Source: an uncultured Lachnospira sp.
GTDB taxonomy: Bacteria > Bacillota > Clostridia > Lachnospirales > Lachnospiraceae
Direction of reading: 5' to 3'
Length of the DNA: 64,000 bases
Assembly (NCBI GenBank): GCA_946186125.1
Contig: CAMHLZ010000002.1
Coordinates: forward strand, 22,930-86,929
A program made the translations under genes and the position numbers. The notes under the pieces were generated by a model. That model ran no database searches. It had not been told where the DNA came from and saw nothing but the letters and a program-made list of their open reading frames with translations. Numbering within the stretch: position 1 is the stretch's first letter; each line of letters starts with the position of its first letter. Of this stretch, positions 19,673 to 29,694 are shown one piece after another.

Positions 19673-20719
19673 TTAATTACAAATCTCCTCTGGCAGCTTC
19701 CAGTTTTTTGCAAGTTCTGCATACTCTTGTGCACACTGCTTATACGAAGGATCTTTGCAGCCTAATCTTTCGTAGCATTCTGCAATTCTGTACAAAGACA
19801 AATCTCCCGAAGTGTGTATATCAAGAATACAGGATGTTTCATAAATCGCATTGTAAAACCATATGGCAGCTTCTAAATAATCTCCTGCTGCAAAATACAT
19901 TTCTCCCAGATCATAACACATTTCCGAGCATGACTCCGTAAGAACATCTTTCAAGGCATATTTGAAAAAATTCAATGTATCACCATTTAGTCTGTAACCT
20001 CTTCCCAACACGCATGCTGCTTCTTTTTTCGAATCATCATCAATACTCTCATCAGCATATATCTGTTCAAAATAATCCGTCGCATTATTAAAATCTTCTA
20101 AAGTCCCTATAATCAGCAACTCTCTTGCATACATATTCCGTACACGTTTTGATAGAGTCTCTCCATTTTGTATGTGTCTGTAAAAAATTGACAGATCCCT
20201 CGCCCCGTGGACTCCTTCCGGCTTATGAAGTATACAGATGTCACTTTCAAACACTACCGGATGCGTTCTTACCGTCTCGTGAATCGGGTCAATCCAGGTA
20301 AATGTCCTTAACCTTTTAAAAAGCTTCGGCCTGTACTCAGTCCTGCTGTTCTGAAGATTGTTATCAGCATTCTCATTTATATACTTCATCTGAACAATCT
20401 CTATTTCATCCATCATGCATTCCTTAATCTTCATAAACTCCAGAAAATTTTCACTGTCTAAAACCTCATCCGCATCCGCCACATAAATATAATCTTTGGT
20501 AGCCTTAGAAAAGCTGAAATTTCTTGCTGCACTAAAGTCATCTATCCACTTAAAATCGTATATCTTATCAGTATATTCCGATGCTATCTTCTTAGTACCG
20601 TCAGTTGAACCCGTATCGACAATTATTATCTCATCCATAAGTTCCTTTACAGACTCAAGGCATCGTCTTAAAACTCTTTCTTCATTTTTAACTATCATGC
20701 ACAAGCTTATTGTTATCAT
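19673..20719 (-). CDS. Family 2 glycosyltransferase with C-terminal TPR-like region
   Basis: The start MITISLCMIVKNEE follows a GGAG RBS. GT2 motifs VDTGSTDGT and DADE are present. The C-terminal half is helical-repeat. Confidence 0.75.
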   Translation of the reverse strand: MITISLCMIVKNEERVLRRCLESVKELMDEIIIVDTGSTDGTKKIASEYTDKIYDFKWIDDFSAARNFSFSKATKDYIYVADADEVLDSENFLEFMKIKECMMDEIEIVQMKYINENADNNLQNSRTEYRPKLFKRLRTFTWIDPIHETVRTHPVVFESDICILHKPEGVHGARDLSIFYRHIQNGETLSKRVRNMYARELLIIGTLEDFNNATDYFEQIYADESIDDDSKKEAACVLGRGYRLNGDTLNFFKYALKDVLTESCSEMCYDLGEMYFAAGDYLEAAIWFYNAIYETSCILDIHTSGDLSLYRIAECYERLGCKDPSYKQCAQEYAELAKNWKLPEEICN

Positions 20720-20874
20720 AAATTGTTCTCCTTTTTTTGTGTTTACAATGTCATATCGGTACTTTTCCCTGTTTCTTTTAAACACACTCTTCATTATTCT
20801 AAATTCCATTGAAAAATATTTTTATTTATGATATTCTGACATAGATTTAATGAAAAAATGTGGAGGTTTTCGAT

Positions 20875-22071
20875 ATGGCAACTGTTACATTAAAAAAAGG
20901 CGAAGGCCGAATGTTAAAATCCGGCGGACTCTGGATATTTGATAACGAAATTGCTTCTATTGACGGAGATTTTTCTAACGGAGATATTGTAGTTGTACAC
21001 GATTTTGACGGTTATCCCATGGGAAAAGGATTTATAAATACAAATTCAAAAATTACAGTGCGTATACTTACAAGAAATGTAAATACGGATATTAACGAAG
21101 ATTTTATTAAAACACGTGTCTTAAATGCATGGAATTACAGAAAAAAGACTGTTGATACTTCGAACTGCCGTATTATCTTTGGCGAAGCCGACTTTCTTCC
21201 CGGAATAGTAATCGATAAATTTTCAGATGTGCTGGTAGTACAGTCGCTCGCACTTGGAATTGATTTACTAAAACCTGTTATCCTTAGGACTTTAAAGGAA
21301 GTACTTGCCGATGACGGCATTGTTATACGCGGAATTTATGAGCGAAGTGATGCTAAAGTCAGAAAAGAAGAAGGTATGGAACGAATCAAAGGTTTTATCG
21401 GTCCCGAATTTGATACTAAGGTACAGATTATCGAAAATGGTGTTAAATACATTGTCGATGTAAAAGACGGACAAAAAACCGGGTTTTTCTTAGACCAGAA
21501 ATACAATCGCCTTGCCATACAAAAATTATGTAAAGACGCAAAGGTACTTGACTGTTTCACGCATACGGGATCTTTCGCACTGAATGCCGGTATTGCCGGA
21601 GCAAAAGAAGTAACCGGTGTGGATGCTTCTGCCCTCGCCGTTTCTCAGGCTGAGGAAAATGCAAGATTAAACAATCTTGAAAATATAGTACATTTTAAAT
21701 GTAAAGATGTATTTGAATTACTTCCTGAACTAGAACTTAATGGCGAAAAATTTGACGTGGTAATTCTCGATCCACCTGCTTTTACAAAATCGAGAAATTC
21801 CATAAAAAACGCTACTAAAGGATACCGCGAAATCAACCTCAGAGGTATGAAATTAGTTAAAGACGGCGGATTTCTTGCAACCTGCTCATGCTCACACTTT
21901 ATGTCGTATGAATTATTTACAAAAACACTAAACCAGGCTGCACGAAATGTACATAAGCGACTCAGACAGGTTGAATACAGAACGCAGTCTCCGGATCATC
22001 CTATACTCTGGTCTGCAGATGAATCATATTATTTGAAATTCTATATTTTCCAGGTATGTGATGAGCATTAA
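20875..22071 (+). CDS. Class I SAM-dependent rRNA methyltransferase, RlmI-like (PUA plus MTase)
   Basis: The start MATVTLKKGEGR follows a GGAGG RBS. Motifs GFFLDQK, VLDCFTHTGSF and ILDPPAF. Confidence 0.8.
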   Translation: MATVTLKKGEGRMLKSGGLWIFDNEIASIDGDFSNGDIVVVHDFDGYPMGKGFINTNSKITVRILTRNVNTDINEDFIKTRVLNAWNYRKKTVDTSNCRIIFGEADFLPGIVIDKFSDVLVVQSLALGIDLLKPVILRTLKEVLADDGIVIRGIYERSDAKVRKEEGMERIKGFIGPEFDTKVQIIENGVKYIVDVKDGQKTGFFLDQKYNRLAIQKLCKDAKVLDCFTHTGSFALNAGIAGAKEVTGVDASALAVSQAEENARLNNLENIVHFKCKDVFELLPELELNGEKFDVVILDPPAFTKSRNSIKNATKGYREINLRGMKLVKDGGFLATCSCSHFMSYELFTKTLNQAARNVHKRLRQVEYRTQSPDHPILWSADESYYLKFYIFQVCDEH

Positions 22072-22102
22072 AAAAACGGTTCGGAAAATCCGAACCGTTT
22101 TC
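22071..22102. terminator. Bidirectional terminator
   Basis: AAAAAA-CGGTTCGG-AAAA-TCCGAACCG-TTTT. Confidence 0.8.
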
Positions 22103-22115
22103 TATAGCCAACCAA

Positions 22116-22445
22116 TTATGCTAACTTGTTGATTTCATCCTGAACAAGACATACAAGGATAATCGGACAAATTAATCCAAGAATCATGTATAAAACCTTA
22201 TTATCATTTGTATCCATACCTCTTGAAGCTTTGATTGCATTGATATTAGCATCTGCATTCAAACCAAACAAGATGTATCCAACATAGAAAAACAATAATA
22301 AAAACTGTGCAATTACTGGCATATTACTTGACTGTCCTTCTTTATCTAATGCATCCATTGTAACATATGTCCAATATAATGCATAGAGACCACAAGTTAT
22401 AATCGACAGAATAATAACCATTGCAATACTTCTGTTCTTTAACAT
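22116..22445 (-). CDS. Small membrane protein, DUF4234-like
   Basis: 109 aa with 3 TM segments. The CGLYALYWTY motif is typical of DUF4234. Confidence 0.55.
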   Translation of the reverse strand: MLKNRSIAMVIILSIITCGLYALYWTYVTMDALDKEGQSSNMPVIAQFLLLFFYVGYILFGLNADANINAIKASRGMDTNDNKVLYMILGLICPIILVCLVQDEINKLA

Positions 22446-22503
22446 CTTTCTTCCTCCTTTGTATATTCAAGATGATTCTATCATTTCATACATTATATGT
22501 CAA

Positions 22504-23913
22504 TTATATATTCATATTTTTCAATCTTCTCAATCCTTTTGGATAATGATTTTTTACTTTTCCCACCGTTGCTTTTCCCCATCCTGTCGAAATGCCATTC
22601 ACAGCCATAAGAACCCAGCCTTTAAGATTCTCATCACATTCTATAATTTCTCCTGCCTGATATTTCGCTGCACTTTGGATATTCATATCGATAACCGTTA
22701 CATCTGAGCATATTCCATATTCTCTTTTTTCATCTGCAGCAAGTGCCATCGCAAGCGCATGAGCCGGTTCAAATCTGTTTTTCTTATTTTCTCCAAGCTG
22801 AAGTCCCGGACGCAACACCTTTAACCCTGATAAATCCGGCATTTCTTTCGGAATACAATACAATTGGTTTCCAAAACTTATGATATCTCCAGAAAGTTTT
22901 AAATCTTTCAAACACTCTTTTTTAAACTCATTCCACATATTGATATCAATTTTTTTACGTTTATTTTCCCCTGTATTATATTTTCTTCCTTCGCCGCAGG
23001 TTTTTCTCAGTTTTGCAACATAATGTCCCTCTCCTCCAAGCTTATGAGGCCACAACCGAACCGTACGGCTGATATTGTCACAGCTGTACTCTCCTGTCCA
23101 TTCAGGTTTTCCTGAATCAAATCCTTTATACATCCTGCATTCCATTATTTCTACATTATCATGATGTTCAAACAGCCAGGCTATAACCTGCTCATTTTCC
23201 TCTGGCGAAAATGTACAGGTGGAATATACCATTATTCCGCCCGGTTTTAACATGTTAAAAGCATTTCGGATGATCTCTTTTTGTCTGTCTGCGCAGACAA
23301 GCACCTGTTCTTTGCTCCATTCATCCCGTGCTGCCGGGTCTTTTCTAAACATTCCCTCGCCGGAACATGGGGCATCTACAATTATTTTGTCAAAAAATGC
23401 AGGAAATCTTTCACTAAGTCTGTATGAATCTTCATTTAAGACCACCGCATTTGCAATTCCCATTCTCTCAATGTTCTGCGATAGTATTTTCGCCCTCTGT
23501 GAATTAATTTCATTCGATACGAGCAGTCCCCTTCCTCTCATTTTACCGGCAATCTGCGTGCTTTTTCCACCGGGTGCCGCACATAAATCAAGTACTGTCT
23601 CTCCGGGTTTTATATCCGCCATTTCACTGACGCTCATTGCACTGGGTTCCTGTATGTAAAACATTCCCGCTTCGTGAAGCGGACTTTTTCCGGGTCTTGC
23701 ATCCGCATCATAATAATACCCTTCTTCTGCCCACGGTACCTTTCCTGTTATAAAATCCAGTCTTTCCAACATTTCTGCTGATGCTTTTACAGGGTTTAAT
23801 CTAAGTCCATATTGTCGCTCTATAGAATATCCATTTAAAAAGTCATCAAATTCATCCACGAGAAGTCTTTTCATTTTCTCTTCAAAATCCTTTGGCAAGC
23901 CCAGCGTATCCAT
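22504..23913 (-). CDS. rRNA cytosine-C5 methyltransferase, RsmF/RsmB (NOL1/NOP2/Sun) family
   Basis: Motifs LDLCAAPGGKS, DAPCSGEGMFRK and YSTCTFSPEENE. Confidence 0.85.
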   Translation of the reverse strand: MDTLGLPKDFEEKMKRLLVDEFDDFLNGYSIERQYGLRLNPVKASAEMLERLDFITGKVPWAEEGYYYDADARPGKSPLHEAGMFYIQEPSAMSVSEMADIKPGETVLDLCAAPGGKSTQIAGKMRGRGLLVSNEINSQRAKILSQNIERMGIANAVVLNEDSYRLSERFPAFFDKIIVDAPCSGEGMFRKDPAARDEWSKEQVLVCADRQKEIIRNAFNMLKPGGIMVYSTCTFSPEENEQVIAWLFEHHDNVEIMECRMYKGFDSGKPEWTGEYSCDNISRTVRLWPHKLGGEGHYVAKLRKTCGEGRKYNTGENKRKKIDINMWNEFKKECLKDLKLSGDIISFGNQLYCIPKEMPDLSGLKVLRPGLQLGENKKNRFEPAHALAMALAADEKREYGICSDVTVIDMNIQSAAKYQAGEIIECDENLKGWVLMAVNGISTGWGKATVGKVKNHYPKGLRRLKNMNI

Positions 23914-23933
23914 TACCTAAATCGTCCCTTTCA

Positions 23934-25079
23934 TCATTCTGCATTTACATCTTCCTGTGCAGTATCTGTCTGTACATTTCCATTTTTACTATATCCCGGT
24001 GGATTCGGAATATAATTTCCATAAATATAAAAATCATCAAATATTACGTTCCATCTGTTAGAAGCTCCTGCCGTTACGGCAATATATTTGTCCTGTCCTC
24101 TTTCGGCATAACTGACAAGACAATTACCGGCCTCCATAGTATAACCGGTCTTTCCTGAGATGATTTTCACAGTATTAACTTCATCACCATACATTCTGCT
24201 AAACATTGTACTCGTAAGCAGTATACCCTCCGGATGAATCTCGTTCGCCGCAGTAGTATACTGATATGTAGAAAGTATCTCGGCACAAGTTTCATTTGAC
24301 ATTGCATATTTAAGTATCATAGCCATCTCAAGTGGTGTCGTATAATGATTTTCATCATGTAATCCGGATGTATTCATAAAATGTGTATTCTTTAACCCCA
24401 TCTCCTTACACTTTTTATTCATCAAATCAACTATGCCGTTTTCGGAACCACATACAAGTTCCGAGAGACCTACCGAACAATCTGCCCCTGAAGCAAGAAC
24501 AAGTCCGTAAAGCATATCTTTTGCAGATACCACTTCTCCCGGTTCAAATCCCGCTCTTGATGCCTGTTGTCTTGCCAGCGGATCAATGATTTCCGCCGTC
24601 ATCTCAAACGTTTCATCTAGACTTTTCAAATTTTCAACTATTACAATAAGTGTCATAACCTTAGTCATAGATGCCGGAAATATCCTTGTATCATATGATT
24701 TTCCTGCAATAATTTCATTTTTATTTATATCAGCCAAAGCTACGTAGGGACTTAACACTTCCGGAGAGAGCATGTCCTGATACGTTGCACTTTTCTTAAA
24801 ATACACAGGCTTCTCAAATAAATCATTGTCAGCAGCGTCTGTTTCTTCTTCTGTATTCTTTTCCTGTTCTTTTTTTGCTGTCTCTTCTTTAACGGCTGTT
24901 TTATTCCTACCTGTATTATTACTTTTAGAACCCTGCATTTTGTATACAATCGTTCCTGCAGCCGCAGCAAGGAAGACTACCAGCACACAGGCAAGCACTA
25001 CGATTTTTATTCTTTTTTCGCGCTTTCTTCTATCTTTTTGTCTTTGAACTATTCTTTTGCAAATATCTTCGTTTTCCAT
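23934..25079 (-). CDS. D-alanyl-D-alanine carboxypeptidase (peptidase S11)
   Basis: N-terminal TM, SxxK motif PASMTKVMT and KTG motif GKTGYT. Confidence 0.8.
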   Translation of the reverse strand: MENEDICKRIVQRQKDRRKREKRIKIVVLACVLVVFLAAAAGTIVYKMQGSKSNNTGRNKTAVKEETAKKEQEKNTEEETDAADNDLFEKPVYFKKSATYQDMLSPEVLSPYVALADINKNEIIAGKSYDTRIFPASMTKVMTLIVIVENLKSLDETFEMTAEIIDPLARQQASRAGFEPGEVVSAKDMLYGLVLASGADCSVGLSELVCGSENGIVDLMNKKCKEMGLKNTHFMNTSGLHDENHYTTPLEMAMILKYAMSNETCAEILSTYQYTTAANEIHPEGILLTSTMFSRMYGDEVNTVKIISGKTGYTMEAGNCLVSYAERGQDKYIAVTAGASNRWNVIFDDFYIYGNYIPNPPGYSKNGNVQTDTAQEDVNAE

Positions 25080-25165
25080 CTTAACACTCCATTAATTATA
25101 ATTTCATACCATACTATTTTAACAATCTGTGTGTCCGTGTCAAGAGTAATATTGTTACAAAAAAA

Positions 25166-25194
25166 GATGCCTGCGAATAAATTCGCAGACACCT
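25166..25194 (-). terminator. Terminator of the giant surface-protein gene
   Basis: TGCCTGCGAA-TAAA-TTCGCAGACA hairpin, followed on the minus strand by a T-run. Confidence 0.7.
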
Positions 25195-25207
25195 TATTAT
25201 TTTTATA

Positions 25208-28200
25208 TTACTGTTCTTTTACAGATATACTTTCACTTGCTCCATTGTAGTAGAAGTAAATGCTTGTCTCTGTAGTTCCAGGCGTTACCGTAAATTTAGC
25301 AATACCCTTTGTATTTAAGTTCTTTGTAGTGATTCCTGTTCCACCAAGAACATCTGCTGAAGATGAATATGCAACTATCTTTCCTGTAGCAGCATTGTCA
25401 CTGCTATCTTTTACAGTTACTGTAATAGTCTTATTATCTGCACTCTTCTCAACTGTTATCTTATATGCAGTCTTAGGCTGGAACGTTGCTGTTTCATATC
25501 CCTGTACAATGCTTCTTCCATATCCGTCTACAAGTTTGTATGTGATACCGCCACTTACGTAATCTTTTACAGTTACAGTAACTACTCCTGTATCATCAAT
25601 GATTCCCTTGCTGCTTGACTTCAATGTAAGGATTACGATATTATTATTGTTTCCAATCTTAACATTTTCTATATCATAATTTACATCGTCTTTTGATGAC
25701 TTAACTGCAAACATTTCTTTGTTCAATACTTCTTTGTTAACAGCACTTGAGAATGAAAGCTTAATCTGTGGATTCTCTGTATTTGTTGCATCCAATGATG
25801 CTCCTACAAGACCAAACTGTGCGTCTGTTGTTGTCTTGTAATATAACATATTACCATTTATTACTGTACCATCAACATCAACTGAAATAATTGTACTGTC
25901 TGTTGCTAAAACACTTGTTCCAGGAGCTGCAAGTTTAACCTTTACAAGTCCGTTTGCATCTGTCTTGGCATCAATTGAACCGCTAGTTGCATTTATACCT
26001 GTAATTGAGTACTTAACTGCCTCATTCTGGATTGGATTTCCAAAATCATCCAAAACTCTGATGTATGCATAAGAATCCTCAACTGCACTTAATAAGTTAC
26101 CCTGTGGATAGATGATGTCTACTTTCTTACCACTCTGTTTCCATGATACTGTAAGCTCTAACTTAGCTGATACTGAAGGAGCTTCCTCACCAATGTTAAC
26201 AAAATCACCAACCTTCACTCCAAGTGCATCAATGATTGTAAATATTACATCACTTCCGTTGTCCTTGAATGAATCATTACCGATTTCACCTATAATCTTT
26301 GAAGAACCAACCTTTTCTGTATACACAAGTGCTGCACCATTTGGATATCCTTCTGTTGTCATAGTCATATCTGTATCATCTGACTTTGACATCTGTACAG
26401 CTATATTCTTGATTTCTGATACTTCTTTTTCTGTCTTATCATTATCATCATCTAAATCTCCGATTACTTTATAACCGAATATCCAGTTGTTACCAACTTT
26501 TCTTTCATCAATAGCTGCTACTGTCTGGGCACCTGTTAATGTAGTAGTTGTCGTTCCAATTGCAGGCTTTTCTCCTTTTGATGCACCCTTTACAATCTTA
26601 TCTGTAAATGAAAGTCCAGGAGTAATCCAATAAATATTTGCAAGATCTGAAACTGTCTCGCTCTTTCCAACCAATAATTTTACAATATATCCCTGACATT
26701 CTGCTGCAAGATGATATACATGTCCCTTACTGCTTGAAGATGTAAATCTGATAATAGCCTGTCCCTGTTCATTTGTCTTAGTTTCCTTCTGCTGAATAGT
26801 TACATTTACATTATCATCTACGGTTCCCTGAACAGGATTTTTAAGCTCATCACCGCTTAATGTAAACTTAACATCCTTATTCTGTGTTGATACCTTGTTA
26901 CCATTTAAATCATATAACTGTGCCTTTACTGTTACATACTGAGAAGCAAGTGCATAGAAGTCATCTCCTGCCACTTCAAGTTCGTTCTCAGGAATTGGAG
27001 CCCACTGTACAGATGTGTAAAGTTCTGATCCATTTGTTGGATTTAACTGTCTTTCAGTAACACCAGGTATTGTAATAGTTGCCTTAAGGTTTGTACGTCC
27101 TGACTTAAGCGAATCTACGATAGCAACATTACCCTCCTGTGTTAATTCACCAACTGTCTGAGTTACTTCTTCCTCGCTCGCCTTTACAGCTGATACATAT
27201 TTGCTTGGAAGTGAGATATCATTCTTATTTCTATACTGTCCATTTATATTCTTAATTTTTGTATTTGTAGGATAAATTGATCCATCCGGATTCTCCCACT
27301 GATTTTCTGTAGGATAGAGGAAGTAAGATACAATCTTTCCATTCTCGTCTGTTATTTTAATTACAGCATCACCTGTGTTAGGGAATACCGGTACTTCATA
27401 TACATATGTATATTTTGTGCTTAAGTAATTAGCATCTTTGATGTATGTCTTAGCTGTATCAAATGGCATTTCCATATATTCGCTGTAGTATGTAGGAGAT
27501 TTTTCCCATTTAACTGTTCCAGGTAACTCTACTACCTCAGCTTCACGGAATACATCTGTCTTATAAAGTCCTTCTACATGGTCAATTACAAAACCATCGT
27601 TAGAATCTTCATTTACCTGACCTTCTGATATCAATGCTACCTCTACGTCAACAGCTGTGTCTTCCTGGATAGGTATCTGATACGCAAAGTCATCTTTCAT
27701 ATTTGTTTCATCTAATGAATATGTCTCAATTAATCCTCCTGAAACAGCATCATATGTGTTAATTTCAAGAACTGTGTATTTTGACAATACCATTTTTGAG
27801 AATACAAGTGAAGCATACTGTAATCCTGCCGGTACATCTTCTACCCATGCAGTTGTGTCTGTGTTTGTTGCATCATTGTATACTTTGTAATCTGTTGAAG
27901 ATTTCTTTATATCTTTATAATATCTGTCAATCTGTGTATCTGCATTTTTAGCCGGCAATACAATTGAAGGAGTTGCTGTAAGATATACTCTGTGGTCATA
28001 CTTGTAAGTAGTACCGTCTTCTTCAAATGCACTTACCTTCTGGCTGTTTACATATTCATCATCTCTTGCACCGTTTGTTGAATATGTATCTGCCACACCA
28101 TAATTCCAATCAACGTCATTTACGTTTTCACCCGGCTCAAGATCAGCAAGGTTGAAGAAACGATTATTCTCTACCTGAACACCTTCTAAGTAAATGCAGG

Positions 28201-29476
28201 CAAATGATATAGATGACTCTGTCTTAACATTTGAGCCTGTAACTGTTGCTGTTAACTTATAGCTCTGGAATATGCTGTCTGTAGATGTATATGTATATCC
28301 TCCCTTTTCACCGATTGTGAAATCAGCATATCCGTTTGCATCTGTTGTAAGCTTAGCACTTACGTAGTTGTTGTTATCACCTGTTATTACAAATACATCT
28401 TTTGCATTACCATACTGTGGTTCCATCTCAAGTGTAACACTTGTATTACCCAGTGGTGCACCTGCTGCATTTGTAACAAGAACCTTAACGTCCGCATTAG
28501 TACCTGTAAGTACTGTATTCTCGTATTTCTCAAGACTGTTTGCAATAATAATCTTAACATCTGAAGCATTTCCTGATGTATCTTTTGCTACCGTAATAAC
28601 TGCTGTAGCCGTGAATCCACCTTCTGCAGTAGTTACCGTAATGTTAGCTTTTCCTTCGCTGATACCCTTAACAACACCATCAGCACTAACTGTAGCGACT
28701 GCTTCGTTATCTGATGACCATGTCACAGACTTATTTGTAGCATCCGCAGGTGTTACTGTAGCTGTAAGTTTCTGTGTAGCATTAACAAATACAGTAGCTG
28801 CATCTGTGTCAAGGCTTACGCCTGATACCTGTACACCGGCAGGAGCAACTGTAACTACACATGAAGCAGACTTGCTTCCTGATTTAGCAGTGATAATTGC
28901 TGTTCCTTCCTTAACTGCCTTTACAACACCTGTTGAGCTTACTGTTGCAACAGCTGTCTTGCTTGAAGACCATGTTACTGTCTTATTTGTAGCATTAGTT
29001 GGTGTAACAGTAGCTTTTAATGTTTTAGTCTCACCGATGCTAAGAGTTGCCTCTGTTACATCAAGTGTTACCTTTTTAACAGCTCTGTTTTTAACTTTAA
29101 TATTTACGTATGTTGATTTTTTCTTGTCATCTTTTCCTGTAACTGTAACTGTAATCTTTGCAGAACCTGCCTTCTTTGCAGTTACCACACCTTTTTTGCT
29201 GACTGCAGCTACCGCACTATTGCCTGACTTAAAAGCTACGCTCTTCTTAGCTGTGCCAGGATTTGTCGTTACTTTTAATGTAGCCTTAGTTCCCACATAA
29301 AGTGACTTTGTTTTCTTTGTTACGTTTGAATTCCCGACTTTAACTGTTATTGACTTAACAGATTTACCGGATGCTGCGTAAGTTGTAGTAACGTTTGATG
29401 CAAATACTGTGGTAAACGCAACTGCAACTGCCATTACAACCGCAAGAAAACTTTTCAATTTTTTTGCTTTCTCCAT
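25208..29476 (-). CDS. Giant secreted/surface protein with tandem Big_2 Ig-like domains and further Ig-like/beta-sandwich modules
   Basis: I prefer the ATG at 29476 (AGGAGG RBS 8 nt upstream). The track start at 29551 lies inside the predicted promoter. Signal peptide KLKSFLAVVMAVAVAFTTVFASNVTTTYAAS. Three Big_2-like repeats span about 28589-29359 (for example TLKATVTPTNATNKTVTWSSSKTAVATVSSTGVVKAVKEGTAIITA). Later modules carry TDANGYADFTI / TDANGLVKVKL motifs. Confidence 0.8.
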   Translation of the reverse strand: MEKAKKLKSFLAVVMAVAVAFTTVFASNVTTTYAASGKSVKSITVKVGNSNVTKKTKSLYVGTKATLKVTTNPGTAKKSVAFKSGNSAVAAVSKKGVVTAKKAGSAKITVTVTGKDDKKKSTYVNIKVKNRAVKKVTLDVTEATLSIGETKTLKATVTPTNATNKTVTWSSSKTAVATVSSTGVVKAVKEGTAIITAKSGSKSASCVVTVAPAGVQVSGVSLDTDAATVFVNATQKLTATVTPADATNKSVTWSSDNEAVATVSADGVVKGISEGKANITVTTAEGGFTATAVITVAKDTSGNASDVKIIIANSLEKYENTVLTGTNADVKVLVTNAAGAPLGNTSVTLEMEPQYGNAKDVFVITGDNNNYVSAKLTTDANGYADFTIGEKGGYTYTSTDSIFQSYKLTATVTGSNVKTESSISFACIYLEGVQVENNRFFNLADLEPGENVNDVDWNYGVADTYSTNGARDDEYVNSQKVSAFEEDGTTYKYDHRVYLTATPSIVLPAKNADTQIDRYYKDIKKSSTDYKVYNDATNTDTTAWVEDVPAGLQYASLVFSKMVLSKYTVLEINTYDAVSGGLIETYSLDETNMKDDFAYQIPIQEDTAVDVEVALISEGQVNEDSNDGFVIDHVEGLYKTDVFREAEVVELPGTVKWEKSPTYYSEYMEMPFDTAKTYIKDANYLSTKYTYVYEVPVFPNTGDAVIKITDENGKIVSYFLYPTENQWENPDGSIYPTNTKIKNINGQYRNKNDISLPSKYVSAVKASEEEVTQTVGELTQEGNVAIVDSLKSGRTNLKATITIPGVTERQLNPTNGSELYTSVQWAPIPENELEVAGDDFYALASQYVTVKAQLYDLNGNKVSTQNKDVKFTLSGDELKNPVQGTVDDNVNVTIQQKETKTNEQGQAIIRFTSSSSKGHVYHLAAECQGYIVKLLVGKSETVSDLANIYWITPGLSFTDKIVKGASKGEKPAIGTTTTTLTGAQTVAAIDERKVGNNWIFGYKVIGDLDDDNDKTEKEVSEIKNIAVQMSKSDDTDMTMTTEGYPNGAALVYTEKVGSSKIIGEIGNDSFKDNGSDVIFTIIDALGVKVGDFVNIGEEAPSVSAKLELTVSWKQSGKKVDIIYPQGNLLSAVEDSYAYIRVLDDFGNPIQNEAVKYSITGINATSGSIDAKTDANGLVKVKLAAPGTSVLATDSTIISVDVDGTVINGNMLYYKTTTDAQFGLVGASLDATNTENPQIKLSFSSAVNKEVLNKEMFAVKSSKDDVNYDIENVKIGNNNNIVILTLKSSSKGIIDDTGVVTVTVKDYVSGGITYKLVDGYGRSIVQGYETATFQPKTAYKITVEKSADNKTITVTVKDSSDNAATGKIVAYSSSADVLGGTGITTKNLNTKGIAKFTVTPGTTETSIYFYYNGASESISVKEQ

Positions 29477-29522
29477 AAATTGGTTCCTCCTATAAATATT
29501 ATAAAAATTTTTAACCACACTT

Positions 29523-29551
29523 ATATTACAACACTGTTTTTGAATTTTCAA
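29523..29551 (-). promoter_or_regulatory. Candidate promoter of the giant surface-protein gene
   Basis: On the minus strand: TTGAAA, 17-nt spacer, TAATAT, about 45 nt upstream of the ATG at 29476. Confidence 0.4.
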
Positions 29552-29620
29552 CCATTTTTTGAACTTTTTGTGAAAATAATGTGAATATCATCTTCACAAA
29601 AAAGTTTTTCTTAATAAACG

Positions 29621-29649
29621 TTGCCTTTTTTTTCATTTACAGATATACT
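29621..29649 (+). promoter_or_regulatory. Candidate promoter of the GT-C-like membrane protein gene
   Basis: TTGCCT (29621-29626), 17-nt spacer, TATACT (29644-29649). Confidence 0.35.
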
Positions 29650-29694
29650 AACCTTTAGTTTATTTAAAGATAATTTTATTGGAAGGATTATAAT

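Noticed and set aside
28368-29300. 310-aa ORF on the plus strand inside the giant surface-protein gene. Similar long antisense ORFs occur at 4786-5430, 39057-39698, 53390-53884 and 23219-23659.
   Set aside because: Each lies fully antisense to a gene with strong family motifs. The translations are low-complexity (S/T/V/A/L/F-rich) and I saw no RBS. They are explained by the codon composition of the real genes.
29477-29551. N-terminally extended ORF-track starts: 29551 for the giant protein, 33679 for metK, 37959 for rsmA, 38766 for tatD, 40705 for metG and 15848 for cca.
   Set aside because: In each case an internal ATG preceded by a strong GGAGG-type RBS matches the conserved family N-terminus. 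The extension runs into a promoter, a riboswitch or the upstream gene.
29477-29694. Leader of the giant surface-protein gene, inspected for a c-di-GMP riboswitch or an invertible promoter switch of the kind that controls adhesins in other clostridia.
   Set aside because: The region is very AT-rich. It has no GC-rich helices or conserved riboswitch blocks, and no long inverted repeats flanking the promoter. Only the short TGTGAA/TTCACA array is present, and it is reported separately.
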